NCBI GenBank assembly: GCA_947452995.1
Contig: CANGEV010000007.1
Location: 1,143 to 65,142 of the forward strand
Reading direction: 5' to 3'
DNA length: 64,000 nt
Source: Chitinophagales bacterium
GTDB lineage: Bacteria; Bacteroidota; Bacteroidia; Chitinophagales; CAIODY01
Shown here: piece after piece, positions 63,561 through 64,000 of the stretch
Position numbering within the stretch: position 1 is the stretch's first letter
Layout: each line of letters starts with the position of its first letter
Translations under genes and position numbers: made by a program
Notes under the pieces: model-generated
The model's input: only the letters and a program-made list of their open reading frames with translations
Told to the model about the DNA's origin: nothing
Databases searched by the model: none

Positions 63561-64000
63561 TTACAGAATTCGGATGCTAGTTCTGCGGTTTTTTGAACGA
63601 CCATCTTCTGTCTCATTACTTGCGATAGGTACGGTTTCTCCATATCCTTTTGCAAGCAATCGTTCGCTTGAAATACCTTTCGCTTTTATAAACTCAAGTA
63701 CCGACTCAGCCCTGTGTTGAGACAGATTAAGGTTGTCCTCACTAGTACCTGTATTATCTGTGTGCCCCCCAATTTCAATCTTCATAGTTGGGTTCTCTTT
63801 AAGAAGCTGTACTAGCAGGAATAATTCTGAAAAAGATTTTTTTTGTAATTCTGCAGAAGCAGTAGTAAAATAGATATTATTCAGGTTGATGTTTGCGCCA
63901 ATAGCTATAGGTTCCATCAGCACATCTGAATTATGCGCAATATTTTCAGAGGTGGTTTGAATATCCATATGCCCACTAAATATTAAGTAACCTGGCATTA
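63561..64000 (-). CDS. OmpA-family protein, C-terminal part (gene continues right of the window)
   Basis: OmpA_C core NIYFTTASAEL...IGGHTDNTGTSEDNLNLSQHRA...GYGETVPIASNETEDGRSKNRRTSI. ORF is open to the window end. Confidence 0.8.
   Translation of the reverse strand, partial: MPGYLIFSGHMDIQTTSENIAHNSDVLMEPIAIGANINLNNIYFTTASAELQKKSFSELFLLVQLLKENPTMKIEIGGHTDNTGTSEDNLNLSQHRAESVLEFIKAKGISSERLLAKGYGETVPIASNETEDGRSKNRRTSIRIL

Noticed and set aside
1-64000. Search for CRISPR arrays, IS elements, integrases, prophage genes, rRNA, riboswitch-like leaders and defence systems
   Set aside because: I saw no direct-repeat/spacer arrays, no transposase, integrase or reverse-transcriptase-like ORFs, and no long structured GC-rich intergenic regions. 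The longest intergenic gaps (about 120-220 nt) are AT-rich promoter regions.

Overview
The window looks like a compact, mostly housekeeping stretch of a Bacteroidota chromosome. Supporting signals are T9SS type A and type B C-terminal sorting domains, TAnnTTTG -7 promoter boxes with TTG about 19 nt upstream, an exbB-exbD-exbD-tonB cluster, and DUF2723, GH3 and FKBP-lipoprotein genes. I call about 58 protein-coding genes and four tRNAs: CAU (Met/Ile2), Gln-UUG, Glu-UUC and Val-UAC. I also call several strong palindromic intrinsic terminators and a set of candidate promoters.

Recognisable core functions:
- Central and nucleotide metabolism: galE, apbC/mrp, pyrF, tpiA, pyrD, tdk, kynA, dapD.
- Envelope and transport: waaA, hldD, rfbC, exbBD-tonB, and a Wza-like exporter.
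- Energy: pntAA-pntAB-pntB.
- Nucleic-acid and tRNA functions: phoH, rnhA, scpA, queA, topA.
- Peptidases of families M28, M13 and M43.

I saw no rRNA, CRISPR array, transposase, integrase or phage gene. The only accessory-type gene is a Fic (mobile mystery protein B-like) gene cut by the left edge.

Observations worth follow-up:
1. A DUF2723/TMEM260-like GT-C enzyme sits directly upstream of a lipoprotein carrying a canonical six-Cys EGF module with an O-fucose-type C2-X4-T-C3 site.
2. A tightly coupled four-gene module encodes a LolA-like protein, a signal-peptide YidD homologue and two paralogous membrane proteins. It heads an 11-gene same-strand envelope block.
3. A 1,490-aa orphan secreted protein is embedded in a pyrF-tpiA-X-pyrD-waaA string.
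4. kynA and a GH3 gene form an apparent operon.
5. A degenerate copy of the tRNA(CAU) 3' half lies 63 nt downstream of that tRNA.
6. A giant T9SS adhesin contains a (PKD-A/PKD-B)x5 didomain super-repeat.

All protein calls rest on motifs recognised by eye. No database search was run.
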